Source of the DNA: Nitrosopumilus sp.
Lineage (GTDB): Archaea; Thermoproteota; Nitrososphaeria; Nitrososphaerales; Nitrosopumilaceae
Length of the DNA stretch: 64,000 bases
Direction of reading: 5' to 3'
Assembly: GCA_965238275.1 (NCBI GenBank)
Contig: OZ250186.1
Coordinates: 480,001-544,000 of the forward strand
The notes under the pieces were generated by a model. That model saw nothing but the letters and a program-made list of their open reading frames with translations, did not search any database and was not told the origin of the DNA. How positions within the stretch are numbered: position 1 is the first letter of the stretch; each line of letters begins with the position of its first letter. Positions 10,316-20,126 of the stretch are shown here, one piece after another. The position numbers were made by a program, and so were the translations under genes.

Positions 10316-11389
10316 TCTGTTGTACGAAAATTAGGTCCGCCTAAGATCAGGCGTTACGTAAAGGATTACTTTGCCCTTTATCAATTAAGGAAAACGATGG
10401 CAAAACGACTTACAGCAAAGTCCATCAGGTACGCGATGGCACAACTCGGCAAGGACAGGAATGCAGCGGAAGTGGCAGCGGAGATCGGCGTGACGTCAAG
10501 ACACGTCCGAAGGTTGTGGGCTGAGTTCCGCACTGCTGGCACTCCGCACGTCCCGCAACGTCCCGGCCGGCCGGCACGGCTGCCATCCCCGGAGGAAGTA
10601 CGGTTGGTGCTGGACGAATGTAAACGGGAACCGCAAGGCGTGCTGCGCACTGCCATGAACCTGCAGGTGAATTATGATATAAGTTACCAGGCAGTATACC
10701 GGATAATGAAGGAGAACGGCTTGGTGGTTTCATCTGCGGCAAAATCCAAAAAACGGAAGTGGGTTCGCTACGAACGAAGGCACTCCAACTCCATGTGGCA
10801 CACGGACTGGCATGTCATGAAGGATCCACGAATGAAAGGACTCAACCTGGTGACCTTTCTGGACGACGCGTCAAGATGCATTACCGGGATGGGCCTGTTT
10901 ACCGAGGCCACCTCCGAGAATGTTGTGAATGTCCTCCGGGACGCAGTCAGGCGGTTTGGCGTTCCTGCCACCATCCTGTCAGACGACGGTTCCTGCTTTG
11001 TGGGCGCTACAGGCAGGCACAAGAAGGACAAGGACGGCAGGAGGACGAAGGCACCTTCCGGATCATGGCAGCCCACCGCCTTTGAGGCCGAGCTGTTGGA
11101 CCTGGGCATAGGGCTGATAAACTCCAGGCCGTACCACCCCCAGACCAACGGCAAGCTTGAACGGTTTCACAGGACGCTTGAAGATGAGATATGTCACCAT
11201 AGGAGCTTGGCAGAATACATTGAATACTATAACGAGAGGCGACTGCACTTTTCACTGGATATTGCCAACCGAGAGACCCCGCTCATGGCATTCCGTGCCA
11301 AGAAGGCGACCGAGACTATCCGGGATGATAACCCAAACTGGATGGAGGAGGACACAGATGACTAGCGGACATAATTTCCATATAATACA
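10316..11389 (+). mobile_element. IS481-family element
   Basis: Imperfect 25-bp TIRs (19/25); flanking direct repeat GCTGCACGCGATAC at 10300-10313 and 11390-11403. Confidence 0.85.
10397..11365 (+). CDS. IS481 transposase (HTH + rve integrase core)
   Basis: WHTDW, LDDASR, LSDDG, PYHPQTNGKLERFHRT. Confidence 0.92.
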   Translation: MAKRLTAKSIRYAMAQLGKDRNAAEVAAEIGVTSRHVRRLWAEFRTAGTPHVPQRPGRPARLPSPEEVRLVLDECKREPQGVLRTAMNLQVNYDISYQAVYRIMKENGLVVSSAAKSKKRKWVRYERRHSNSMWHTDWHVMKDPRMKGLNLVTFLDDASRCITGMGLFTEATSENVVNVLRDAVRRFGVPATILSDDGSCFVGATGRHKKDKDGRRTKAPSGSWQPTAFEAELLDLGIGLINSRPYHPQTNGKLERFHRTLEDEICHHRSLAEYIEYYNERRLHFSLDIANRETPLMAFRAKKATETIRDDNPNWMEEDTDD

Positions 11390-11530
11390 GCTGCACGCGA
11401 TACTGCCAAACATATTTTACATTCAAGCCAAATATCAGTAGATAGTAAGATCTTTTATGCCATAACTAGGCACCACCATAGAATCGCATTCAGAATAACA
11501 CTTTAAACGACTGCAGACCCCACCTGCCTT

Positions 11531-12097
11531 GTGTGCGGCGCAAACTTCAAGGAGAGGGAGGCACAGATGTCCAGGAACCTACAGGAGCTGTTCGAGGGGG
11601 ATTCGTACCGGTCCGTCCTTTACGTGGGCGCAAACAAGAGGAGGCAGCACTTTCTGGATTGGTTTGAGAGGGCGGGGTACACTAGAATTATGGTGCTTGA
11701 GGCGTTTGCAGAAAACGCCGAGTTTTTGAAGAGGGAGATCGACTCCAAGATGCCGGCCCTTGAGGTGGTGCACGGTGACGTCAGGGATGTCGGTGCCATT
11801 TCTGGTGATGTGTTTGACGTGGCGTTCTTCTGGCACGGCATAGAGCACCTCCACAGGGAGGAGATCGCACCCACGCTGGAGAGGCTGGAGGCAGTATCCA
11901 AGGTGGTGGTGCTAGGGTGCCCGCATGGAGCGTACGAACAGGGCCCGGAGTACGGAAACCGGTTTGAGGAGCACCTGTCGGCGGTGTATCCGCAGTTTCT
12001 GGAGGGGCTGGGCTACAAGACGGATGTAGTAGGCAAGGCCGACGAGCGTGGCTCCAACATAATGGCGTGGAAGTTCACGGGGAGCGGCATAGTATAA
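11531..12097 (+). CDS. Class I SAM-dependent methyltransferase-like protein
   Basis: VLYVGA, GDVRD, FDVAFFWHGIEHL. Confidence 0.7.
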   Translation: MCGANFKEREAQMSRNLQELFEGDSYRSVLYVGANKRRQHFLDWFERAGYTRIMVLEAFAENAEFLKREIDSKMPALEVVHGDVRDVGAISGDVFDVAFFWHGIEHLHREEIAPTLERLEAVSKVVVLGCPHGAYEQGPEYGNRFEEHLSAVYPQFLEGLGYKTDVVGKADERGSNIMAWKFTGSGIV

Positions 12098-13149
12098 TGA
12101 ATCCCGAGGGACTGGGCGTGTGGTTTGACGTGCTCACGCCAAAGCAGCTGCTGTTCTTTGAGCCTATGATAAAGAGGCTGTCAAAGAAGAACAAAGTCAT
12201 GACCACCACTAGGAACTACAGGGAGGCGACGGGGCTGGCAAGGGTGCGGGGTGTGCGCATGAGGGTGGTGGGAAAGCATGGCGGCGAGAGCCTCCTTGGG
12301 AAGCTGCGCGCCTCGGCGCACAGGATAGGTGAGCTTGCCGAGATCGTCAGCAAATTCGGGCCCGACTTGACCATTAGCTTCTGCTCGCCCGAGGCATCCA
12401 GGGTGGCCTTCGGGCTGGGCATCAGGCACGTGGGGTTTGGCAACGTACCGCACTATACGGCCATGATGAAGCTGTCGGTGCCATTTCTTGACAGGCTTCT
12501 GATTCCAAGGCACATACCAAAAAGAGAGTTTACGGTATTTGGAATGGCGTCATCCAGCATCATCCAGTATGATGCCATGGACGAATATGTGATAGTAAAG
12601 AACTCGTCGGGAAATCCTCCCCGCTTGAGGCTCCGTTTGAAGAAGGACAAGACCGTCTTGTTCAGGCCGTACGAGGTACAGGCGGCGTACGCAAGCGATG
12701 TGAGTTTTGACACGGTAGGCGCGATAAGGAGCATAGCAGACGGGCTGCCCGACTACAACGTGGTGGTGCTGGGCAGGTATGCCGAGCAGATCAGTGACCT
12801 GAAGCGCGAGCTTGGAGACAGGGCCATCGTGCTGGACAGGGTGGTGGACAGCGAGGCGATCTTTGCCATTACGGACGTGTTCGTGGGTTCTGGAGGCACT
12901 ATGACGACAGAGGCTGCCATGAGGGGGATGCCGACCATATCCTACGAGGGCATACCCAATGCAGATGAGAAGTACTTGGTGAGAAAGGGGCTAGTGGTAA
13001 GATGCAGTGACTACAAAAAGATTCCTCAGGCAATTGATGCGGTGCTGGCAGAAGACGGCAGAGCCAGAACGGCACGGGTCAAGAGGTTTTTGGACTCAAT
13101 GGAGGATCCGTACTGCACGCTAGAAGATGTGATTAGGTCGCTTGAATAG
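12097..13149 (+). CDS. DUF354 family protein (GT-B fold)
   Basis: WFDVLTPKQ, VGKHGG, GSGGTMTTEAA. Confidence 0.85.
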   Translation: MNPEGLGVWFDVLTPKQLLFFEPMIKRLSKKNKVMTTTRNYREATGLARVRGVRMRVVGKHGGESLLGKLRASAHRIGELAEIVSKFGPDLTISFCSPEASRVAFGLGIRHVGFGNVPHYTAMMKLSVPFLDRLLIPRHIPKREFTVFGMASSSIIQYDAMDEYVIVKNSSGNPPRLRLRLKKDKTVLFRPYEVQAAYASDVSFDTVGAIRSIADGLPDYNVVVLGRYAEQISDLKRELGDRAIVLDRVVDSEAIFAITDVFVGSGGTMTTEAAMRGMPTISYEGIPNADEKYLVRKGLVVRCSDYKKIPQAIDAVLAEDGRARTARVKRFLDSMEDPYCTLEDVIRSLE

Positions 13150-13218
13150 CCTTGTTATAACTCAAGATATAATCAGGAGAGTGGATCTGTGGGTTGGGAC
13201 AGCGTGATCGGTAAAAAA

Positions 13219-13425
13219 ATGGACGAGGGTGAGGCTATCTTGTGCACCATAAGGGCGACGGCAAAGAGGTGCGGGGTTCGGACAGACGATGTCGCGGTGC
13301 TGGAGACCAAATATGATGACTATGGCGCGGAGTGGCACGCGGTGGTCGAGGTAGGCGGCAGGGCAATGGTGGCAAGCGTCAATACCGCAAGTGGTAAAGT
13401 CGAGTTTAGCGACATGAGGGTGTAG
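13219..13425 (+). CDS. Small hypothetical protein (PepSY-like pattern)
   Basis: 68-aa ORF with protein-like composition; VNTASGKV motif. Confidence 0.45.
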   Translation: MDEGEAILCTIRATAKRCGVRTDDVAVLETKYDDYGAEWHAVVEVGGRAMVASVNTASGKVEFSDMRV

Positions 13426-13510
13426 ATTCATGCCACACCAACACACCGGTGTATGGATCAGGTAGGCCTAATTCTGACGACGTGGTTCTTGAATAATAGT
13501 CTCCGACTGA

Positions 13511-14803
13511 TTATTGCGAATCAACGTCGTCTGACACCAGACATTCTCCTTGCACCACAGGGTTTGCTGGTGCATCAGATGGCATGATGGGTTCGGCGTG
13601 AATCATACCATGGATGTCATTTGGGCTGGCAGGGGTTGTGCCAAGATAAAAGTTGTCAAAGTATGCATTCTGGTTCCATTTTGCAATCCAGTTGTCACGC
13701 AATCCGAAGCCTATGGAGACGTCATCATGTCCTGATATGACATCAGTGATGTTAATAGAAGATCTCTGCCATTTAGTATCAGTCACACCCCCATTGGCAA
13801 GCCAATACACATAGATCACGCTACCCTCGCCATCATAGATCTTTACAGATGCGTTGGTGGGCCTGTCATTTGCAGTGCTGGATGTCGCCCTGTAGTCAAT
13901 ACTCAAAAACAACTCATCACCCTCATCCAGTCCACGCAGGTCTATGTCCTGCCGTATATCCGCGACGGCTGCAAACCCCTCGCCGCTGATTCTTGCAGAC
14001 GGTGACGGGTTACCATTGTTGTAGTCTATGCTAAGATGATAGTCGTTATATGGCACGTATGAGTGGTATTCCCCGAAGGATGTAAAGAATGTCCACGGTC
14101 CATACCCGTCAAAGCTGTCTGTTATGGTTTCAAAGGGAACAGGCAAGGCCCGGGGCGGCGAATCCATCAAGACATCCACGACAATCTCAAAACTGGCCTC
14201 TGCAGCATTGCACGAATCATCAAAGGCAGTACAGGTAACGGTAGTGGAACCTGCAGGAAATACAGAGTGGGAGCCGGGGGTACAGTACACTGCAACGGTG
14301 TGATCAACGGCATCCGAAGCCCCGGGGGTTGCAAAGTCAATCACAAACGAGCTGCCCGTGGCAAAGGTCATCTGGATTTCAACTGGTACCGTGGTAAAGT
14401 ATGGTGCCACGCTATCGCGTAGGGTGACAGTCTGGAGGGCAGTTGCCGTATTGCCGCGGGAGTCCTGGACGCTCCATTGTACCATGGTTGTGCCAATTGG
14501 AAATGGTCCAGTGGCATTGTTGGTAATGATGAGATTGGGATCCCGGTTGTCAGTGGCAGTCGCGGTGCCGATGTCAACGGTACTCAGCCAACCGGCGGCC
14601 TCAAGGACCACACCAGGTGGAGCAGTGATGGTGGGAGACGTGTTGTCGGCAGAGACTGCCCCCTGCACGGCCTGTAAGAATTCCACGCCGCCGTCAGGTG
14701 GAATGGTCAACCCGATGCCCAAAACCATTACTATTGCCACGCCGGCCATGACAGGTACGAAGACAGTCTTTGAGTTGAAACGAAAAAATGCACGGGTAAT
14801 CAT
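13511..14803 (-). CDS. Membrane-anchored HYR-domain surface protein
   Basis: N-terminal hydrophobic anchor, two HYR repeats (DNTSPTIT..FPIGTT; FPAGSTTVTCTAFD), beta-rich C-terminal domain. Confidence 0.8.
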   Translation of the reverse strand: MITRAFFRFNSKTVFVPVMAGVAIVMVLGIGLTIPPDGGVEFLQAVQGAVSADNTSPTITAPPGVVLEAAGWLSTVDIGTATATDNRDPNLIITNNATGPFPIGTTMVQWSVQDSRGNTATALQTVTLRDSVAPYFTTVPVEIQMTFATGSSFVIDFATPGASDAVDHTVAVYCTPGSHSVFPAGSTTVTCTAFDDSCNAAEASFEIVVDVLMDSPPRALPVPFETITDSFDGYGPWTFFTSFGEYHSYVPYNDYHLSIDYNNGNPSPSARISGEGFAAVADIRQDIDLRGLDEGDELFLSIDYRATSSTANDRPTNASVKIYDGEGSVIYVYWLANGGVTDTKWQRSSINITDVISGHDDVSIGFGLRDNWIAKWNQNAYFDNFYLGTTPASPNDIHGMIHAEPIMPSDAPANPVVQGECLVSDDVDSQ

Positions 14804-14923
14804 GGTATATTAACATCGAATATCGTATAATAATGATCTATACCAGACAGAATGCCCTGCATGGATGACAAATCAGTATGAAATCAAACAGAATGCATTA
14901 GATAATTACTTGGAAGAAGGCTA

Positions 14924-16588
14924 TTACGTGGTGGCCTGTGCCGCGTCATGGAACATCTGGGACTTGGCACAGCCCGCTGCAAGCTCGTCGCCTGCCCCGC
15001 GCCTCATGAGGCCGCGGTACAACCCGTCTTCAAGCTTTACTCCCTCGCGTTCCTCCCATTCCTCGACGGTGATGGAGTACTTCTTTTGGATCCTGTCCCG
15101 GTACCATTCCGGAATGACGTTGAATGCGCAGAAGGGAACGATTCTAAGGTCCGGCGTTAGATAGTGGATGTCGCACCTCTGCAGTCTCTCCAAGTCCTCG
15201 TTGTACTTGTCCTGAAAGTGCATCATGCCCAGGAACAACCCCTTGACATGCCAGGATCCTACAGAATCAAACGACCTCTTCATGAGGATGTTGCCAAACA
15301 TCTTTGCCAGGTCAAGGCCGGCAGGCTGCTTCTTGGTGTCTACAAACCCCTTGAGCTTTCTTACCACCTCGAGCATCGTAAAGTACTTGTTTTTGCCGGA
15401 GCGGATCTCTTCGGCCTTGTCCTCAAACAGCTCCAGCATTCCCTGGATGTCGCAGAACTTGGTTAGCGGGACGAACCTTTTGGTCTCCTCGTCTTCAAAG
15501 ATGTACGTGCCTGCGCCGCATGCAAAGTGTATGGAGAGTTCGTACTTTGGCTTGCTGGAGAACGCCTCAATTACGTTGGTTAATGGCATGCAGCTTGGGA
15601 CGGGGAACCAGTCGTCTACGGTGACCTCGCCGTTTGTCTGCTCCTCGATCCTCTGGATGCAGTCAGGTATTGTAATTCGATACTTTTCACGCTCAGTCTT
15701 GCCCATTCTTCCTGTCAGGGAGACTGGCTGGAAGTTTACCGCGTGTACCACGTCCATGTTCTTCTGGGCGTACCTGATGATTCCGCCGAGTTCGTGATCG
15801 TTAATTGACTTGATTACCGTGGGGACAAACACCACCGTCGTGCCGGTCTTTCGGCAGCTGTCAAGGGCGTACGGGATCTCCCAGTGGTTTTTGGGGTTGG
15901 TCCTGGCAGTTACTCCGTCAAAGGATAGATAGAGATTGTTGCATCCGGCAAGCCTCACCTCGCGTGCAGCCTCCGGGTCCATGGCATGCCTGATGCCGTT
16001 GGTGTTCATCTGGATGTGGTCGACTCCCTCCTCCTTCATTATCTTGATGACATCGGCAATGTCCTCACGCAGCATCGGCTCGCCGCCTGTTATCTGCATG
16101 GAGTTGCCCGGGATTGGCCGCTCGGCACGAAGCGTCTTCATCATGGCGCGCACCTGGGTGTGATCGGGTTCGTACATGTATGCGCCCTCGAGTCCCTTCT
16201 TGACGTAAAAGAAGCAGTACCAGCAGGTCAGATCGCACCTGTTTGTCACTATCATGTTTGCAAGGCCGCTGTGTGACAAGTGGTTTGAGCATAATCCGCA
16301 GTTGTTTGGGCATGAGCACTTGTCAATCATCACGTTTGGAGCATGCGCACCCTTGCCGTCCATCCAGTAGGTGCTGAACTTTTTGTACATTTCATAAGAG
16401 CCAAAGTATAGTTCTTCGCATTCGCCGTGGGTCGGGCAGACCTTGGTCATGAAGACCTGACCGTCCCTCTCAAAGACCTCCGCATCCAGAATCATGTTGC
16501 AGTCGGGGCATATGCTCTGCGTGAATCGGATCGTGGATTTTTTGCCCAGATTCTTGATCGTCTGGTTTGATATCTGAATCAGTGCCAT
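14924..16588 (-). CDS. tes: Tetraether lipid synthase (radical SAM, GDGT macrocyclase)
   Basis: TQSICPDC...KVCPTHG, CPNNCGLCSNH, CDLTCWYC radical-SAM motif, C-terminal RCDIHY..IVPFCAFN. Confidence 0.88.
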   Translation of the reverse strand: MALIQISNQTIKNLGKKSTIRFTQSICPDCNMILDAEVFERDGQVFMTKVCPTHGECEELYFGSYEMYKKFSTYWMDGKGAHAPNVMIDKCSCPNNCGLCSNHLSHSGLANMIVTNRCDLTCWYCFFYVKKGLEGAYMYEPDHTQVRAMMKTLRAERPIPGNSMQITGGEPMLREDIADVIKIMKEEGVDHIQMNTNGIRHAMDPEAAREVRLAGCNNLYLSFDGVTARTNPKNHWEIPYALDSCRKTGTTVVFVPTVIKSINDHELGGIIRYAQKNMDVVHAVNFQPVSLTGRMGKTEREKYRITIPDCIQRIEEQTNGEVTVDDWFPVPSCMPLTNVIEAFSSKPKYELSIHFACGAGTYIFEDEETKRFVPLTKFCDIQGMLELFEDKAEEIRSGKNKYFTMLEVVRKLKGFVDTKKQPAGLDLAKMFGNILMKRSFDSVGSWHVKGLFLGMMHFQDKYNEDLERLQRCDIHYLTPDLRIVPFCAFNVIPEWYRDRIQKKYSITVEEWEEREGVKLEDGLYRGLMRRGAGDELAAGCAKSQMFHDAAQATT

Positions 16589-16699
16589 GCCTTGTCTGAT
16601 CCGTGCTTTGATATTATATAATGTCTTGCACCTTAACCCCCGTGTGTAATTTAGGCATTCAGGCGTGACTTAAATAGAAAGTCGGGCCGATCAGATCGC

Positions 16700-17467
16700 A
16701 TGAGCATATCTGACAAGACCAGAAAATCCCTTGAGAAGATCGGCATGACGGGGTACGAGGTAAAGGCCTTTGCAGTACTGCTAAAGTCGGGGAAACAGAA
16801 CGCCTCGAACCTGAGCCAAAAGTCAGGCGTGCCGTATTCCAAGATTTACGAGGTGCTGGGCACGCTGGAGGAGAAGGGCTGGATAGACTCGGACGATTCG
16901 AGGCCGACTGTGTACTCTGCAAGGTCGCCTGCAACGGGACTGGAGACTACAAAGCAGAACATGGATGACGAGTTTGTAAGGAACCAGGGGGTGATACTGA
17001 GCGAGCTGATGCCGCTGTACGAGGGGAGCGGGACCAGTGAAAAGCCCGACATCTGGGTGCTCTCAGGTACGATCAACATCGCATCCAAGATTCTGGAGAT
17101 GGTCGACGCGTGCAGGACCGAGGTGATGATCGCGATACCGGAGGCAGGAGAGGAGTTGGTCAGGCAGGCGCTGCCAAAGCTGAGATCGCTGTATGACAGG
17201 AAGATCGACATCACGGTGCTGACATCAGACAAGATGGATGCAGATGCCATCAGGGCCATCAAGAGGATTGCGACTGTAAAGATCAAGGAGGGACTGTTTG
17301 GCGGGGGGATAATATCAGACAGGAGGCATGTCGTTATTCTGCTGGGACCGGATGTTGTGGGCTCAAAGCAGTCAGAGGTGATTGCCATTTGGGCCGACCA
17401 TGCCGGGCTTGCCGGGTTTGCGCGCCAGTACTTTGAATATTTATTAAAAGACTCGAGGATTGGATAG
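16700..17467 (+). CDS. TrmB family transcriptional regulator
   Basis: SGVPYSKIYEVLGTLEEKGW HTH. Confidence 0.9.
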   Translation: MSISDKTRKSLEKIGMTGYEVKAFAVLLKSGKQNASNLSQKSGVPYSKIYEVLGTLEEKGWIDSDDSRPTVYSARSPATGLETTKQNMDDEFVRNQGVILSELMPLYEGSGTSEKPDIWVLSGTINIASKILEMVDACRTEVMIAIPEAGEELVRQALPKLRSLYDRKIDITVLTSDKMDADAIRAIKRIATVKIKEGLFGGGIISDRRHVVILLGPDVVGSKQSEVIAIWADHAGLAGFARQYFEYLLKDSRIG

Positions 17468-17471
17468 TAGT

Positions 17472-17921
17472 ATGAGCGGACCGGATGACGAGACCCTGTT
17501 TGTGGGGACAGCAGAGGCCGAGCACGTGGAGATGTACCTCAAGGCGATATGGCACATCAAGGAGAGGGGCGAGGATGTCAAGATTAGCACCATTGCCAAG
17601 ACGCTCAAGGTGAGGCAGCCAAGCGTGGTGCAGATGCTGAAAAAGCTCAACACCCGGGATCTGGTGAAATACAACAAGGCCGGGGTGAGGCTGACAGAGG
17701 ACGGCAAGGCGATTGGGTCGAGCATGATGAGGAACAGCCGGCTGCTTGAGGTGCTGATGAGCAGCGCGCTAAAGGTGGATATTGACGAGGAGATGGTGTG
17801 CGGGATCGAGCATCACATGAAGAAGCAGTTTACAGACGCGCTGTGCACCATGCTGAACCATCCAAGGGCGTGTCCGCACGGGCATGAGATTCCGATGGGC
17901 GAGTGCTGTTCGGCGCAGTAG
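17472..17921 (+). CDS. DtxR/MntR metal-dependent regulator
   Basis: EMYLKAIW, RLLEVL, CGIEHH, CPHGHEIP. Confidence 0.9.
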   Translation: MSGPDDETLFVGTAEAEHVEMYLKAIWHIKERGEDVKISTIAKTLKVRQPSVVQMLKKLNTRDLVKYNKAGVRLTEDGKAIGSSMMRNSRLLEVLMSSALKVDIDEEMVCGIEHHMKKQFTDALCTMLNHPRACPHGHEIPMGECCSAQ

Positions 17922-18108
17922 GGACCGGTTGTTGCCAGAACAGGCATTTGTGGTAGGCTTCTTTGTGATTTTTCATTGTTTGTGTTATGTTTCCTAATAG
18001 TTGAGCACTCTTAACGCGGCGTAGTAAACGACAAAATGTTTTGCTTCATTTTCCCGCCTAAACTGCAAAAAAATACCTGATACTCATCTTGGAATTATGC
18101 GGGGTGTG

Positions 18109-19878
18109 GTAACAGTTTCGCTTTTTGAAGTGGCCTGCCTAACAGTGGAGCAGGTGCAGCCTTTCCCTTGCCGTGGAATCTTTTTTCCCGTGATGCACCA
18201 TACGTGCCGTCAGATGATGCCTCAACTGTCTCCAGAGGACGAGCGGACCAGATGATCAAAGAAACTGTTCGCGTTGATCCTGTCAGTTGCCAGCAGCGTG
18301 AACAGGATCGAGTTGGCATCCATGCCCTTCTGGGAGCGGTTTCCGCCCCCGTCGCTCCTTATGGCCACGAACCTCCGGTTGACCCTCTCCACTGCGTTGT
18401 TGTCCGGCTCGATGCCGTCCACGTGCAGGCAGGTGGTCATAAAGTATCCCTCCCGGGGGTTCCTCTTCTTGTGTCTGGCGATGGTGCCGTGCCCATCGTC
18501 TGCAAACGGTTCGTTCATCAGCCCGCGCAGCTCCGCGTCTATGCAGTGGGCCGCGACGATCCTCGTGTGCCCGTCCTCGATTCTGGATGCGCGATAAATC
18601 TTATCGTGGATTGCCGACAGCCTGTCCAGAAACTTTGGAACGTCACCTTTGGGGTTGGTCAGGACGTCCTTTTGCACCAGGCGTTCCTGGTGCCACACGC
18701 ACATCTGGCGGCACGATCCCACGTGGAGCCATCCTGCATACGAGTCCTGCGTTATGGTTCCCTTGTAGTCCGGGAGTGTGTGGCAAAGCGTCTTGATGCC
18801 CCGCGAGCCGGTCACCTCCACGAGGCAGGCGTCTTTTGCCAGGGCCACTATCCCGTAGCCGCGTTTGCCGCCCAACGGCCAGTGGAATTCGTCTGCGTTC
18901 AGGTGTGGCGCCTCTAACACGCGCTTTCTTACAGAATCACGCTCCGGTGCCATGCGCTCTGCCTGCCTGATCTTGCCGCGGTATGCAGACGGGCGCGAGA
19001 TTTTGTGCCCCCACGCGTCACTGCCAAATTCTGCGGCCCTGGCATGCGACAAACCGTTCATGTTCAGGGACGTCATGGCCGCATCAAAGTTTGATGAACG
19101 GCGCGCGTGTTTTGCCGCGCCGGGAACCCTTCCAGAGACCTGTTTTTTGCACCCGCGGCACCAGCGCCGCTTGATGACGTACCTGACGTTTTCCAGTATG
19201 ACGCGCATGACAGTCACGATGCGATCGTACCTGTCAGTCACGTCCGAAAGATTGTCGTTGCCACAGTCGGGACATTCCTTGCAGTCGATCTCCTCGACGC
19301 GGTCGACGCGTTTTGGCCTGCAGTTGATGGTGGGTTTTTGCCCCTTGGGCCTGCCGGCCTTCCTTGGGCCTGCCTTTTTCTTGGTCACGGTGGGGATGTT
19401 GATCCTGTTGGCCTTGGCGTTAAGCTCCCTGTTGGCCTTGGCGTACCTCTTGTTGTCCTCTGTGAGGGATGAGACGAGTGCCTGCAGGTCCTCGATCTCC
19501 TTGCAGTTGGCGCCTGGCCTGCCTGCAACTTCGGCGGCAGCAGCCTCCAAGATCTTGCCTGTCAAGCCGATCGTATCGCCAAGCACCCTTGTCCAGAACC
19601 GACAACACCTGCATTCTGGTTTCATGCACGCCCCGGCATCAGGAAGGATTTGTGGTAAGTGTAAGGAGGGCTCGTGTATTGCCTTAAATTCCTCCACCTC
19701 CAAGCATGTCTGGTGTGCTGGTTTCTTCATTTGCTATCTCGAAGGAACTAGCACCCACTCACATTTAGATCACGACAGTCTAGCTTTGTCGTCCCGAGCA
19801 CGAAATCATTAGATTTATTCCCGGCGCCATGGATGCCCGCTAGGCCATCCGGGGTACTTCAAAAAGCGAAACAATTAC
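18109..19878 (-). mobile_element. IS66-family element 2 (single ORF)
   Basis: 23-bp TIR GTAA(CA/TT)GTTTCGCTTTTTGAAGT; 8-bp TSD GGGGTGTG at 18101-18108 and 19879-19886. Confidence 0.95.
18222..19730 (-). CDS. IS66 DDE transposase
   Basis: GRPKGQK, CPDCG...CRGC, ADEFHW, TQDSY, NNAVERVNR. Confidence 0.92.
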   Translation of the reverse strand: MKKPAHQTCLEVEEFKAIHEPSLHLPQILPDAGACMKPECRCCRFWTRVLGDTIGLTGKILEAAAAEVAGRPGANCKEIEDLQALVSSLTEDNKRYAKANRELNAKANRINIPTVTKKKAGPRKAGRPKGQKPTINCRPKRVDRVEEIDCKECPDCGNDNLSDVTDRYDRIVTVMRVILENVRYVIKRRWCRGCKKQVSGRVPGAAKHARRSSNFDAAMTSLNMNGLSHARAAEFGSDAWGHKISRPSAYRGKIRQAERMAPERDSVRKRVLEAPHLNADEFHWPLGGKRGYGIVALAKDACLVEVTGSRGIKTLCHTLPDYKGTITQDSYAGWLHVGSCRQMCVWHQERLVQKDVLTNPKGDVPKFLDRLSAIHDKIYRASRIEDGHTRIVAAHCIDAELRGLMNEPFADDGHGTIARHKKRNPREGYFMTTCLHVDGIEPDNNAVERVNRRFVAIRSDGGGNRSQKGMDANSILFTLLATDRINANSFFDHLVRSSSGDS

Positions 19879-19934
19879 GGGGTGTGCATGAAATGTTGCA
19901 AAGAATGATTCCTAAAACAAGGATCCATTCCAGC

Positions 19935-20021
19935 AAACGGAACCGGCGGGCAAGATAACGCTTGTGGGGAATTTTTTTTCCCTGTAAACGGAACCGGCGG
20001 GCAAGATAACGCTTGCGGGGA
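19935..20021. repeat. Two-copy 36-bp direct repeat, 51-bp period
   Basis: AAACGGAACCGGCGGGCAAGATAACGCTTG(T/C)GGGGA at 19935 and 19986. Confidence 0.9.
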
Positions 20022-20126
20022 GTTTCACTGCAGACACCCTCATCCGTGGTGAATGACTTTTGGGATCCCACACGAAGAGGCACCAATCATAAGCTTAAAA
20101 TCATCTAGCAATAGGAGACGATCAAC

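Noticed and set aside
14924-16588. Radical SAM protein as a novel system
   Set aside because: Matches the already characterised Tes family
19935-20021. Possible mini-CRISPR
   Set aside because: Only two repeats, a 15-bp spacer and no cas genes
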